Position numbers and translations under genes: made by a program. The notes beneath the pieces are model-generated. The model did no database searches. It was not told where the DNA came from and saw only the letters and a program-made list of their open reading frames with translations. A DNA stretch of 64,000 bases from positions 45,466 through 109,465 of the forward strand of contig JBLIOE010000001.1 of assembly GCA_047639555.1 (NCBI GenBank), in the 5' to 3' direction. This document shows, in pieces, positions 1 through 9,928 of the stretch; within the stretch, counting starts at the first letter, position 1; every line of letters starts with the position of its first letter. This DNA is from Candidatus Aldehydirespiratoraceae bacterium. Its GTDB lineage: Bacteria > Actinomycetota > Acidimicrobiia > Acidimicrobiales > Aldehydirespiratoraceae.

Positions 1-724
1 ACTCGGCGACGGCTTCGACCTCCACGGCGGCGGCACCGATCTGGTTTTCCCGCATCACACCAACGAACGGGCCGAAGCAATCGCGGCGGGCCGCGAGTTC
101 GCCCGCCATTGGATGCACAACGCGATGTTGAACATCGGCGGCGAGAAGATGTCGAAGTCGCTCGGCAACTTCACAACGATCCAAGCACTCCTCGACGAGC
201 ACCCGCTCAACGGACGCGCGCTGCGCCTCCTCCTCCTGCAGACGCACTATCGCAAGACGATGGAGATCAACGCCGATGTGATGGCTCAGGCTCGGGCCGC
301 GATCGAACGTATCGACGCGATGGCTCGCAAGGCCACCGCCGCCGGCGTCACCGCCGACGGACCGGAGCGAGAGACCGCGGCCGTCGACACGTTTCGCGCC
401 GCGATGGACAACGATATGGGCACCCCCGAAGCGGTTGCCACCATCTTCGAGACCGTCCGCCGCGCCAACGCCGCCCTCGATGCAGGCGATGATGCGGCCG
501 CCCTCGTAGCAACCGTTCATGATCTGGCCGGCGCACTGGGTCTGCCCGTGGGCCACACCGCAACCGGTGACGACGACGCGGAAATCGACGAGCTTGTCGC
601 CGCCCGCACCGAGGCAAGATTGGCCAAGGACTTCGCCGAAGCCGACCGCGTCCGAGACGAATTGACGTCTCGCAACATCATCGTGGAAGACACACCATCT
701 GGCCCGGTCTGGCACCGCGGTTAA
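1..724 (+). CDS. cysS: Cysteine--tRNA ligase, 5'-truncated by window edge
   Basis: Frame from nt 2 reads LGDGFDLHGGGTDLVFPHHTNE, then WMHNAML..KMSKSLGN and the C-terminal anticodon-binding FAEADRVRDEL. Confidence 0.97.
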   Translation, partial: LGDGFDLHGGGTDLVFPHHTNERAEAIAAGREFARHWMHNAMLNIGGEKMSKSLGNFTTIQALLDEHPLNGRALRLLLLQTHYRKTMEINADVMAQARAAIERIDAMARKATAAGVTADGPERETAAVDTFRAAMDNDMGTPEAVATIFETVRRANAALDAGDDAAALVATVHDLAGALGLPVGHTATGDDDAEIDELVAARTEARLAKDFAEADRVRDELTSRNIIVEDTPSGPVWHRG

Positions 725-733
725 CGTCGCCCG

Positions 734-1813
734 ATGGCCGTCTTCGATCCGCCAAACCAACTCCTCTCACTCCCCTCGCAACCTGCGGGCACTCCGTGGC
801 CGACGGCTGATTGGCCAATTGGTCCGCTCCCCACGACGGTCGACGCCGCCGCGCTCAACACACTGCTCGATCGAGCATTCGGGGCAAGCCCAGAGCCGCA
901 GTTCGGCGAGTCATACGCCACCGTCGTGATCCAGGGTGGCCGTCTGATCGTCGAGCGCTACGGACCGGGCACCGACGCGTCCACGCCGCTGCTGTCCTGG
1001 TCGATGGCCAAGTCGATCACCCATGCATTGCTCGGCGTACTCGTCGACCAGGGCCGCATTGACCCTGACGGGCCGGCGGGAATCCCCGAGTGGGGACCCG
1101 ACGACCCACGGACGGCCACCACGTTGCGACAGATGCTTCGTATGACCGACGGTCTCGAGTTCAACGAGGCCTACGCGCTCCCCGAAGATGGCGGGGAAGC
1201 CGCCTGGTCGCACTGCATCGACATGCTCTTCGGCGCGGGCATCGACGACCCCGCGGCCTACACCGCGGCACGGCCACTCGCCCATGAGCCCGGCACCGTC
1301 TTCAACTATTCGAGCGGTACCACCAACCTCGTAGCCCGCCGAATCGGCGAGGTCATCGGCCACGGCGACGAAGCCCGCGCCTGGATGCACGAGCATCTGT
1401 TCGCGCCCATCGGCATGCACTCGGCCGATCCGACATTCGATCAGTCGGGGAACTTCGTCGGCTCCTCCTACCTGCATGCCACGGCCCAAGATTGGGCTCG
1501 GTTCGGGCTCCTCTACCTTCGCGGCGGCACCTGGGACGGCCGCCAACTCATCCCGGCCGACTGGGTCGACACGGCCCGAGCCACTCGAGCGCGAGACGAC
1601 AACGGCGGCGAGTACGGCGAACACTGGTGGACCTACCCCGACGGCCGGGGACGGTTCTTCGCGAGCGGCTTCGAATGGCAACGCGTTGCGTGTGTTCCGT
1701 CGCTCGATCTTGTTGTCGTACGCCTCGGAAAGACCTCAGAAGAGGACTACCCGGTGCTTGTTTCCTGGTTCGACGACCTGATCGACCTCTTCGACCCCAG
1801 TGAGGACTGCTGA
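734..1813 (+). CDS. Serine hydrolase, beta-lactamase/AmpC-like family
   Basis: SxxK (SMAKS), FNYSSG, WARFGLLYL and YGEHWW motifs. Confidence 0.9.
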   Translation: MAVFDPPNQLLSLPSQPAGTPWPTADWPIGPLPTTVDAAALNTLLDRAFGASPEPQFGESYATVVIQGGRLIVERYGPGTDASTPLLSWSMAKSITHALLGVLVDQGRIDPDGPAGIPEWGPDDPRTATTLRQMLRMTDGLEFNEAYALPEDGGEAAWSHCIDMLFGAGIDDPAAYTAARPLAHEPGTVFNYSSGTTNLVARRIGEVIGHGDEARAWMHEHLFAPIGMHSADPTFDQSGNFVGSSYLHATAQDWARFGLLYLRGGTWDGRQLIPADWVDTARATRARDDNGGEYGEHWWTYPDGRGRFFASGFEWQRVACVPSLDLVVVRLGKTSEEDYPVLVSWFDDLIDLFDPSEDC

Positions 1814-2703
1814 GATCCACTGAGATCAGCCCGCCGCACGGCGAGTAGCGCGCCGGCGAGGAGCAGTAACTCACCGATCACGAGGGTCGAGCCGGGCAGT
1901 GTCCACGTCGCGAGATGTACGAACACGAACGCCGCCAGCGGCTCAACCACAAGGAGCTGACCGGCCAGCGAGCGCTGCACGTTGACGACCCCGGTGTTCC
2001 ACAGCGTGGCGGCCAGCCACGACGGGACGATTGCCAGAAAAAGTCCACCGATGATCAGGCGTCCGCCGGCCCCGGTCGACCCCGCCAAGAACCCGACAGC
2101 CAGTAGCGGAACCGCCCACACCCCGCACGCGACACCAATCGCGCTGGACCACCGAGCGGGCGAGACCTGCGGGTTCTCCCGGAGGAAGTCAGTCAGGTGG
2201 AACGCATAGGCACAGAACCCGAGGACACCGGCCGCCGCGATGAGCAAGCCTGCGACGAGCACCCATGGAGACGACGCCGGAGCATCGCGAAACGATGACA
2301 CGTGAATGACGAGGTGCGAGACCACCGTAAGGACCAGCGACGGAATGAGTGGGCGGAGCGACTCGCCGTCGCGCCGCGCGCCGAACGACGCGTAGACCAG
2401 CGGGACCGAGCCAACGACCGCAATCGTGGGCCCGGCGCCGACGAGGTCGATCGCAATGACCTCTGACAGATACAACCCGACGGAACCGCCGGCCGCGTGA
2501 AGGATGGCGACTCGCCACGGCACCCAGCCAAAGCCGCCGCTGCGGCTGAGAAGGGCGAGTGACACGAGCCCAAAGAAGCCGAACCGGACGCCGGTGATCA
2601 TCGCGGGGCTGGTGTCGTCGAGCAGCGCCGCGGCCCCAAAAGAGGTGCCCCAGCACACGCCGGCAAGGCTCAGTGCAGTAATCGGACTCGGCGAACGGCG
2701 CAT
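1747..2703 (-). CDS. DMT/EamA family transporter
   Basis: About 10 hydrophobic segments, CWGTSF near the N-terminus, VVEPLAA in the second repeat; divergent from an Lrp regulator. Confidence 0.8.
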   Translation of the reverse strand: MRRSPSPITALSLAGVCWGTSFGAAALLDDTSPAMITGVRFGFFGLVSLALLSRSGGFGWVPWRVAILHAAGGSVGLYLSEVIAIDLVGAGPTIAVVGSVPLVYASFGARRDGESLRPLIPSLVLTVVSHLVIHVSSFRDAPASSPWVLVAGLLIAAAGVLGFCAYAFHLTDFLRENPQVSPARWSSAIGVACGVWAVPLLAVGFLAGSTGAGGRLIIGGLFLAIVPSWLAATLWNTGVVNVQRSLAGQLLVVEPLAAFVFVHLATWTLPGSTLVIGELLLLAGALLAVRRADLSGSQQSSLGSKRSIRSSNQETSTG

Positions 2704-2813
2704 CCGAGCAGTGTGCCCGAAATGGGGCGCACGAACCGTGTGAAATCGCTACACTTCACCCGCTGAGAGCATGATTCTGCTACTTATTCAATTTCTTTGG
2801 CATACTTCTGCGT

Positions 2814-3263
2814 ATGAATACACTCGACGCGATCGATCGACGAATTATTGAAGTCGTACGAGCCGACGGCCGTATTTCCGTCAACGATCTCGCCGAGGCG
2901 GTCGGGCTCTCCCCATCACCCACATTGCGGCGGCTACGCAGACTCGAAGCGGACGGCGTGATCACGGGCTACGCCGCCATCGTTGCTCCCGATGCCATCG
3001 AACGCGGGTTCAGCGTGTGGGTGACGGCTCGCCTCGCCGCCGGTGAGCCGACCGACCAGACCGCCTTCGAGGAAGGCATGCGGTCGATCAAAGCGATCAC
3101 CGAAGCGCACCACGTCACCGGAGACGTCGACTATCTGATCCGGGTCGATGTGAAGGATCTCGCCGCCTATGACCACGTCATCCGTAACGATCTTGCGCTA
3201 CTCCCAGGCAACGCTCACATCACGAGTTATGTCGTGACGAGTTCGGTGCTCGATCCGCGCTAG
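2814..3263 (+). CDS. Lrp/AsnC family transcriptional regulator
   Basis: LDAIDRRII..DGRISVNDLAEAVGLSPSPTLRRLRRLEADGVI HTH; VTGDVDY. Confidence 0.95.
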   Translation: MNTLDAIDRRIIEVVRADGRISVNDLAEAVGLSPSPTLRRLRRLEADGVITGYAAIVAPDAIERGFSVWVTARLAAGEPTDQTAFEEGMRSIKAITEAHHVTGDVDYLIRVDVKDLAAYDHVIRNDLALLPGNAHITSYVVTSSVLDPR

Positions 3264-4798
3264 TTCGTGGCGATCGGGTCGCCGAGCGCATAGATCCAAC
3301 CGGCGCGAGTGCCAACGATGATTCGGCCGTCCCAGACCCCGGGGGTGGACTCGATGCAGCCACCAAGGGTGACCTCCCATAACAACGGAGGGTCGACCGA
3401 GGTATCGCTCACATCGAAGCCGCGCAGGACGCCATTGCAGTCCCCCTGGATCCAGACATCATCAACGATGACCGGCGATTGCCACGTTGGCCCGGCGAGT
3501 TTCTTGGACCAGCGTTCCTCGCCGGTGTCGCGGTCGAGCCCGAGAATCTTCCCAGTGTCCGTGGGCACGATAAGGAGATCGCGATGCAAACCAGGCGTGG
3601 CCCAGACACCCGAGTCGAGCCGGGGACGCTCGTCGACACCCCACACCAACGGATCGTCAGGATTCGACGGATCGAGTTTGATGATCTGACCGACCTCCTG
3701 GCTGCGGGCGTTGCCCCGTTCGTATTCGACGCCGGCATAAATCATGCCTTCCTCGTCGATGACGAGCGTGGCGTCGATGTCGTCGCCGGCCCAGTAGCGG
3801 AACACGCGGGTCGGCTCGACGCCTTCCTTCAATCCGGTGATATCCCAGCCTTGAATCAGGCCACCAGAGTTGGCGAAGTAGACGACGTTGCCCGACATCG
3901 CGACCGAGTTCTCGATCGAGACATTGCCACCGACCGCCCGTAACAACTCGTCGTCCCAGCCTGGCGTATTGAAGACCAGCTCGGGATCCACCTGCACCCG
4001 TCCGTCAGCGTCGTAGCTGCGATTGAGCTTGACGATGTGGAACTGCGAGTTCTCACCGCCGATGAACAAGTGATCGTCGACAATGAGGCCGGCGCCGTCC
4101 CAGTCGTTGTTCCACTTCGTTGGTGAAACATCAGTGGCCGCCAGCGCCCACAGTTCTTCGGGCTCGTCGCGATCAAACGCCACCACCCGGTAGAAGTTGT
4201 CGCGGCTGCCGGTATAGAGCAGCGGATAGCCATCGGGGTCGATCGTGACCGAACCCTTGATGATGTCGCCCGTCGGAAAGTCGGGAAGGAGCCGAGTCCC
4301 GTCGTCGGCGTTTAAGAAATGCACGTCTCGGCTGTACGCACCAACCGCAACCCAGGTCTCCCCTTTGTGCTCGAAGATCGATGGTTGTCCGGTCCACCCC
4401 GACCCGCACCAGGTGATCGACTCACTACCCACTGACGAGTTCGAACACATCGCGCCGTCTTCCGGGAACCGCCAGACAACCTCTGGCGCGACGGGCACCG
4501 GGCCACCGCCATAGAAGGTTCGGGTCGGGTTCCCGCGGAAGGTGAGTAGCCCCTCGACCGTGTCACCCCATGGTTGCCCCGAGGAGGCCGGGTCGACCCA
4601 GCCGTCGTAGGGCGGCTCCGTCGTGGTCGTTGTGGTTGTGGTTGTGGTCGTTGATGCGATGGTTGTTGTTGTTCCCTCGTCGGGCGTGACGGGAGCGGCA
4701 TCGTTCTGGCCCGCCGGTGGCGGCCAGATGAGCGTGAGCCCGAGCAGCGCGCCAACAACCGCAAGACCCACGTTCACGCGGCGGATGAAGCGGCTCAA
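3260..4798 (-). CDS. Exported PQQ-binding-like beta-propeller protein with Thr-rich linker
   Basis: N-terminal TM/signal, poly-Thr linker, TFRGNPTR, repeated Trp-anchored blades (VWATPG, TWQSPV, IESTPGV). Confidence 0.8.
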   Translation of the reverse strand: MSRFIRRVNVGLAVVGALLGLTLIWPPPAGQNDAAPVTPDEGTTTTIASTTTTTTTTTTTEPPYDGWVDPASSGQPWGDTVEGLLTFRGNPTRTFYGGGPVPVAPEVVWRFPEDGAMCSNSSVGSESITWCGSGWTGQPSIFEHKGETWVAVGAYSRDVHFLNADDGTRLLPDFPTGDIIKGSVTIDPDGYPLLYTGSRDNFYRVVAFDRDEPEELWALAATDVSPTKWNNDWDGAGLIVDDHLFIGGENSQFHIVKLNRSYDADGRVQVDPELVFNTPGWDDELLRAVGGNVSIENSVAMSGNVVYFANSGGLIQGWDITGLKEGVEPTRVFRYWAGDDIDATLVIDEEGMIYAGVEYERGNARSQEVGQIIKLDPSNPDDPLVWGVDERPRLDSGVWATPGLHRDLLIVPTDTGKILGLDRDTGEERWSKKLAGPTWQSPVIVDDVWIQGDCNGVLRGFDVSDTSVDPPLLWEVTLGGCIESTPGVWDGRIIVGTRAGWIYALGDPIATN

Positions 4799-5577
4799 AC
4801 GACCAGGCGAAGTTGTTGAACCGTAGGCTCAGACATGTGCAGGCCCGCCCCGTCCCCGAGCGCCGTGTTTTGCTGTGGCGAGGCGCCACTCGAGCCTGCG
4901 CGGTATGTGGCCGCCGGAAGCTGACCCGCCGATGGGTGGCGCTCTGTCCCGAGTGTCCGCGCTGTGGTTTCGTGTTCGAGCGCCAGCCCGGGCACTTCGT
5001 TGGCGCTGTCGGTATGAGCACCATTCTGACCTTTGGGCTGATGTTGATCACTCTCGTCGCTGGAGTGGCGATCATGTTCCCCGACGTCAGAGCGCTTCCG
5101 CTGCTCGCTGTCATGTGGCCGATTGCGATCCTCGTGCCGATCCTCTTCCACCCCACCGCGAAGACGCTCTGGGTGGCCGTCGACCTCCTCATGAACCCGC
5201 TCGAGCCCGGTGAGGCCATCGGAGAAACCGAGGAAAGCGCGTCGGAGTAACGGCGATCGAACCGACGACACCTCGTCGGGAATCGCGTCGAGTTCACGCT
5301 TAGGCGACCAGTCGGCACTCGCTGACGGAGAAACCGATTCGACGGAAACGTCTGCTGCTTCCAGAGCTTCGGCTGGTTCGGGCGGGGGCCGACGGTCGAC
5401 AAGAGTCCAGCCCGACGGCGGTTTGGACCGAGTCAGGTGCAGCTCACACATGGGCGTGCCATAACACTCACCGTCGGGGTCATCGAGGGCAACCACTTCG
5501 GCGCGACGGTCCGCCCGGAGCATCAGGAGCACGCCGGTCCGGGAGCGGGAGCATCCAGGACGAGCACACGAGGCCAT
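4795..5577 (-). CDS. DUF3499-like protein with a long C-terminal extension antisense to DUF983
   Basis: MASCARPGCS...MCELHLTRSKPPSGWTLVD matches the actinobacterial DUF3499 pattern; ATG 5577 lies 6 nt after TACCTT; first in-frame stop is at 4795. Confidence 0.65.
   Translation of the reverse strand: MASCARPGCSRSRTGVLLMLRADRRAEVVALDDPDGECYGTPMCELHLTRSKPPSGWTLVDRRPPPEPAEALEAADVSVESVSPSASADWSPKRELDAIPDEVSSVRSPLLRRAFLGFSDGLTGLERVHEEVDGHPERLRGGVEEDRHEDRNRPHDSEQRKRSDVGEHDRHSSDESDQHQPKGQNGAHTDSANEVPGLALEHETTARTLGTERHPSAGQLPAATYRAGSSGASPQQNTALGDGAGLHMSEPTVQQLRLVV
4837..5250 (+). CDS. DUF983 family protein (Zn ribbon plus two TM helices)
   Basis: CAVCG..CPRCG, ERQPGHFVGA, two hydrophobic helices; GTG at 4837 lies 7 nt after TAGGCT. 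Confidence 0.8.
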   Translation: MQARPVPERRVLLWRGATRACAVCGRRKLTRRWVALCPECPRCGFVFERQPGHFVGAVGMSTILTFGLMLITLVAGVAIMFPDVRALPLLAVMWPIAILVPILFHPTAKTLWVAVDLLMNPLEPGEAIGETEESASE

Positions 5578-5623
5578 GGGCCGAAGGTAATGTCGAGACA
5601 GGCCCAACCGGTGGACGGCCACC

Positions 5624-6322
5624 GTGAGTAACATCGCGACGATGATCGTGGCCTTCGATGCAGACGACACCTTGTGGCACAACGAGGACTTGTTCGACGA
5701 GTCTCACCGCTCGTTGGAGCGCCTGCTGTCGCCGTGGGGTGATGCCGACACGATCTCTTCACTGCTGTTCGAGGTCGAGATGCGCAACCTCGCCCGGTAT
5801 GGCTATGGCGCAAAATCATTCATGCTGTCGATGACCGAGACCGCCATCGACGTGTCCGGCGGCGAAGTCAGCGCCGCGACCATCACCGAAATTCTCGCAC
5901 TCGGTCACGCCATCCTCGACCGCCCAACCGAACTATTACCGGGTGTTCTTGAAGTGCTCGAGTCGCTCCGTCATCACACTCTGATGTTGATCACAAAGGG
6001 CGACCTCTACGCCCAGCACGCCCGGATTGACGACAGCGGGCTCGCCGATCACTTCTGGCGAATCGAGGTCGTTGCCGAGAAGAGCGCCGACACCTATCGA
6101 CGCCTACTCGACCTGCACGATGTGCCCCTCGACGACTTCGTCATGGTCGGCAACTCGTTGCGGTCCGACGTGTTGCCGGTAATCGAACTTGGCGGCCGCG
6201 GCGTACACGTGCCCTATCACCTCACCTGGGCGCATGAGGCCGCCCACGACGACCACCCGCACGACGTTCCCACCCTCGAACGCCTCACCGACCTGCCCCA
6301 ACTTCTGGAGACCTGGACGTGA
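5624..6322 (+). CDS. HAD family hydrolase
   Basis: FDADDTLW motif I, ITKGD, MVGNSLRSD. Confidence 0.92.
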   Translation: MSNIATMIVAFDADDTLWHNEDLFDESHRSLERLLSPWGDADTISSLLFEVEMRNLARYGYGAKSFMLSMTETAIDVSGGEVSAATITEILALGHAILDRPTELLPGVLEVLESLRHHTLMLITKGDLYAQHARIDDSGLADHFWRIEVVAEKSADTYRRLLDLHDVPLDDFVMVGNSLRSDVLPVIELGGRGVHVPYHLTWAHEAAHDDHPHDVPTLERLTDLPQLLETWT

Positions 6323-6522
6323 CGACTTGGCACCTCGCTCAGTTCAATGTTGGTCAGCTCCGCGCGCCGATCGAACATCCCGACTCCGCGGGTTTCGCCG
6401 ACAATCTCGATCCGATCGACACCCGAGCTGAAGACCGATTGACCGCGCTGCAAACCAACGAGCCAAACCACGAAGCGTTCACATTCATGCTGACCTTCTC
6501 GCTGCCCGCCCAATCTCACTAA
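6319..6522 (+). pseudogene. DUF3291-like gene with an in-frame internal deletion
   Basis: Family-like N-terminus (HLAQFNVGQLRAPIEHP..GFADNLDPI) joined directly to a family-like C-terminus (RLTALQTNEPNHEAFTF); only 67 aa. Confidence 0.6.
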
Positions 6523-6902
6523 TGCGGCGCCTCACGCCGGCCGAGCTCGACGCGTACGACGTCATCGATCGCTCGCTCGCCGAACGAGTCCGAATCGTGC
6601 CGGTGCCGTTTTTGGCCCCCGGCGCATCCGGCATGACGATCGGCCGTTTCATTTTCTTGACTAGCGATCCAGATCAGCTCGGCGGGCGCGAGCTCCTCGC
6701 CCACGAACTCGTGCATGTGCGTCAGTTCGCCGAGCTCGGATTCCTGCGATTCCTCTTCCATTACCTACGTGACTACGGCCGATGCCTGCGTGAGCTCCGC
6801 AAACATCGAGCGGCGTATCTCGCGATTCCCGCCGAAGAACGTGCACGAGCGGAAGCCGCCGTGTGGCAGGCCCGACGCAAGGACATCGCCGCTCCCGGGT
6901 GA
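6522..6902 (+). CDS. DUF4157-like zincin (HExxH) protein
   Basis: GMTIGRFIF, LLAHELVHVRQF, distal EERA; TAATG overlap with upstream ORF. Confidence 0.75.
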   Translation: MRRLTPAELDAYDVIDRSLAERVRIVPVPFLAPGASGMTIGRFIFLTSDPDQLGGRELLAHELVHVRQFAELGFLRFLFHYLRDYGRCLRELRKHRAAYLAIPAEERARAEAAVWQARRKDIAAPG

Positions 6903-6954
6903 CGCCCGTCATATCCGCACGCCGTGTCGACCGCGCGCTCCTACCCTCCAAGCG

Positions 6955-8400
6955 GTGAGTTTCCTCGACCCCCCGGCCCGGCAGTTCTCGCCGCGGGTGA
7001 TCCAGGTCGTGGCGCTCATCGGCGTTGCCGCCAGCTCATTCACGATCACCGTGCTGTCGGCCGCCCTCCCTGACATTGCCGACGACCTCGGCTCAACCAC
7101 CAGCACCATCACATGGGTGATCGCGGGGCCACTGCTCGCTTTCGCCGTGTTCACACCTATGGCCGGGAAGCTCGGCGACCTCTACGGCCATCGCCGCATA
7201 TACCTCATTGGTTTCAGCGCGGCCGCGGTGATGTCATTCGTCACGGCGGCCGCGCCGAGCGCAGGCTTTCTGATCGCAGCCCGCATTGTCACGCAAGCCT
7301 TCTCTTCTTCGACCGGGCCGTCCGCCCTCGCGATCATGATGAAGGCATTTCCGGCCGACGAACGCACCTCGGTGGCGGGCGTTTGGAGCGCCGTGCTCGC
7401 AGCATCCCCCGCGCTCGGCGTAATCATCGGCGGTCCACTGATCGACGCGACCAGTTGGCGAACCCTCTTCATCGTGCAGGGAATCGGCATGGCGGTAGCC
7501 GTCATCGTCTGTGCCCGAGTGCTGCCGGAGAGCGAACGTCGAAGCGACCTCACGTTCGATCTCCTCGGCGGGCTGCTCCTTTCTGTCGGCATCGCGACGG
7601 TCCTCGTCCCGCTCAATCGGGCGGGAGCACTCGGATGGGACCACCCCGCCGTTTGGGGTGGCCTCCTCGTCTCGCCGATCGCATTCATCCTCTTCGTTCG
7701 CTGGGAACGAAGAACGCCACATCCACTCATCGAGCTCGAGTTGCTCGCCCAGCGAAATGTGTCGCTGCCGTTGATCAGTCAGCTCTTCCTCAACGGCCCG
7801 TACATGGCCGGACTTGTCCTTACTTCGCTGATGCTGGGCGCCGACGCGACCTTTGCCTTCACAACCACCGCTATCTCACTTCTCATCCTTCCCCGGCCGC
7901 TCATGTTCGCGGTCGGAGCGTGGCTCGCGAACCGATTAGTTGGCCGCTTTGGCGGCCGCAACGTCGTGGTTATTGGGTGCCTTTCGATCGCGGTCGCGTT
8001 GGCGTTGATCGGAGTCGGCGCGGTCAACGGCTCGATCGGGTTCGTGGTCGCCGGTGTCGCCCTCGCGGGCGCGGGCAGCGGCATCGCTCGCCCACCGATC
8101 ATCGCCGCGCTTACCGAAGCCGTTGGCGAACGCGACATGGGCGTCGGCACCGGGATGCTCAACATGACAGGCCAGATCGGCGCTGCGGCCGGAATCAGCT
8201 TGCTCTCAGCGCTCGTCACCGAAGGCTCAACGCCGGAGCGGTTCCTTCTCGTGTTCCTTATTGCCGCCGGCGTCGCCCTGTTATCAATCGTGACGGCGGG
8301 CGGCATCCGATTCCCGGATACCGCCCCAACCTCGAAACCAACGCCGTCGCCGGTCGCTCCTTACACAGCCACAATCGACGATCCGCGTTGGCGTCAGTAG
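6955..8400 (+). CDS. MFS transporter, DHA2 (14-TM) type
   Basis: GKLGDLYGHRR motif A, PALGVIIGGPL motif C, FDLLGG; GTG 6955 follows TACCCT. Confidence 0.9.
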   Translation: MSFLDPPARQFSPRVIQVVALIGVAASSFTITVLSAALPDIADDLGSTTSTITWVIAGPLLAFAVFTPMAGKLGDLYGHRRIYLIGFSAAAVMSFVTAAAPSAGFLIAARIVTQAFSSSTGPSALAIMMKAFPADERTSVAGVWSAVLAASPALGVIIGGPLIDATSWRTLFIVQGIGMAVAVIVCARVLPESERRSDLTFDLLGGLLLSVGIATVLVPLNRAGALGWDHPAVWGGLLVSPIAFILFVRWERRTPHPLIELELLAQRNVSLPLISQLFLNGPYMAGLVLTSLMLGADATFAFTTTAISLLILPRPLMFAVGAWLANRLVGRFGGRNVVVIGCLSIAVALALIGVGAVNGSIGFVVAGVALAGAGSGIARPPIIAALTEAVGERDMGVGTGMLNMTGQIGAAAGISLLSALVTEGSTPERFLLVFLIAAGVALLSIVTAGGIRFPDTAPTSKPTPSPVAPYTATIDDPRWRQ

Positions 8401-9245
8401 TCGTAAAAGCCCTTGCCGGACTTTCGGCCGAGGTGCCCGGCGCTCACCATTCGCCGCAACAGCGGCGGTGGCGCGAGGAAGCGCTCCTGGTATTCGTCGT
8501 AGAGCGACTCAGCGGTCCACAACATGATGTCGAGGCCAATCATGTCGCACAGCGCCAGCGGACCCATCGGGTGACCGGCGCCGAGCTTCATTGCCTCGTC
8601 GATGTCTTCCGCCGTGGCGTGACCGGACTCAAACATCGCAATCGCCTGGCAAAGAAATGGCACGAGCAGGGCGTTGACCACGAAACCGGCACGGTCCTTA
8701 CAGACAACAACACGTTTGCCGAGTACGTCGGTTGCGAAAGCCGCAGCCGCCGTGATCACGTCGGCCGAGGTGCGTTCCGTCTCGATGACCTCCACGAGCT
8801 TCATCACCGTTGCTGGGTTGAAGAAGTGCATTCCGACCACGGACTCGGGCCGGCTTGTTCCCATCGCGATGTCGATGATTGGGATTGACGAGGTGTTCGT
8901 CGCGATCACGACACCTTCGGGGAGCGCAGCATCGAGCTCCTTGAAGATCGACAGCTTGAGCTCGAGGATTTCCGGGGCAGCCTCGATGATCATCTGACAA
9001 CCGCCCATGTCGGCGATGTCGGTGGTCCAGGTGATCGCGCCAATCGCCACGTCACGCGCGGCCTCGTCGAGCTTGCCTCGATCGACCGCCTTGTTCATCG
9101 AACCTTCCACGCGAGCGCGGCCAGCTTCGATGGCTTCCGGACTGATGTCGCGAGCAACGATCGACACGCCGGCCTTGGCAGCGACTTCGATGATGCCGCT
9201 CCCCATGGCACCGGCGCCGACAATGCCCAGCGTGTCGATCGCCAT
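8394..9245 (-). CDS. 3-hydroxybutyryl-CoA/3-hydroxyacyl-CoA dehydrogenase
   Basis: GAGAMGSGI Rossmann motif, TNTSS, GMHFFNP, GHPMGPL, GRKSGKGFY. Confidence 0.95.
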   Translation of the reverse strand: MAIDTLGIVGAGAMGSGIIEVAAKAGVSIVARDISPEAIEAGRARVEGSMNKAVDRGKLDEAARDVAIGAITWTTDIADMGGCQMIIEAAPEILELKLSIFKELDAALPEGVVIATNTSSIPIIDIAMGTSRPESVVGMHFFNPATVMKLVEVIETERTSADVITAAAAFATDVLGKRVVVCKDRAGFVVNALLVPFLCQAIAMFESGHATAEDIDEAMKLGAGHPMGPLALCDMIGLDIMLWTAESLYDEYQERFLAPPPLLRRMVSAGHLGRKSGKGFYDY

Positions 9246-9246
9246 C

Positions 9247-9804
9247 TCAATCAGCCTCTTCGATGGTGACCGACTGGATCACAACATCGGTCGCGGGACG
9301 GTCGCTGCGGTCGGTGTCGACCTGCTGCATCGCCTCGACAACCTCAAGACCCTTGACGACCTTGCCAAAGAGTGAGTACTGCGGGGGAAGGCCGACACCG
9401 CTGGAGCCAGAGATCACGAAGAACTGGCTGCCGTTGGTGTTGGGACCAGAGTTGGCCATCGCGAGCGAGCCGATTTCGTAGCGACCAGGAGCGGGCAGCT
9501 CGTCTTCGAACTTGTAGCCCGGGCCACCGGTGCCGGTGCCCGTCGGGTCGCCGCCCTGGCACATGAAGCCCTTGATGATGCGATGGAAGATGATGCCGTC
9601 GTAGTAGTGGTAACGAGCGAGCGTCACAAAGTTGTTGACAGTCTTCGGAGCGGTAGAGGCATCGAGCGAGATCACCATCTCGCCGAGGGTGGTCTGCATC
9701 GTCGCGGTGTAGCGCTTCGACGAGTCGATGCACATTTCCGGGGCGGAATCGAACTTACGCATCTGCGGGCTGGAGCCGTCGGCGTTGGGGCATGGGGTAG
9801 CCAT
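9247..9804 (-). CDS. Cyclophilin-type peptidyl-prolyl cis-trans isomerase
   Basis: FHRIIKGFMCQGGDPTGTGTGGPGY, AMANSGPNTNGSQFF. Confidence 0.96.
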   Translation of the reverse strand: MATPCPNADGSSPQMRKFDSAPEMCIDSSKRYTATMQTTLGEMVISLDASTAPKTVNNFVTLARYHYYDGIIFHRIIKGFMCQGGDPTGTGTGGPGYKFEDELPAPGRYEIGSLAMANSGPNTNGSQFFVISGSSGVGLPPQYSLFGKVVKGLEVVEAMQQVDTDRSDRPATDVVIQSVTIEEAD

Positions 9805-9928
9805 GGAATTTCCTCTCATTGGACCACCGACACTCGCGGTGGGCACGATGGAGGGTATCCCCGTCAGGACACCAGCTACGGCTGCGGCATCACCCCGTCG
9901 AGGTTTCCATCGTGCGTAGGGTGGATCT

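Noticed and set aside
734-1813. Beta-lactam resistance genes (also 27078-28220 and the MBL-fold genes at 10313 and 34516)
   Set aside because: No signal peptides; the motifs fit esterase/amidase and glyoxalase II-like hydrolases.
4620-4675. Trinucleotide-like repeats here and at about 15085-15160
   Set aside because: Degenerate codons for poly-Thr linkers in exported proteins, not contingency repeats.
6522-6902. Contractile injection system suggested by the DUF4157 (eCIS core) domain
   Set aside because: Standalone small gene; no sheath, tube or baseplate genes in the window.
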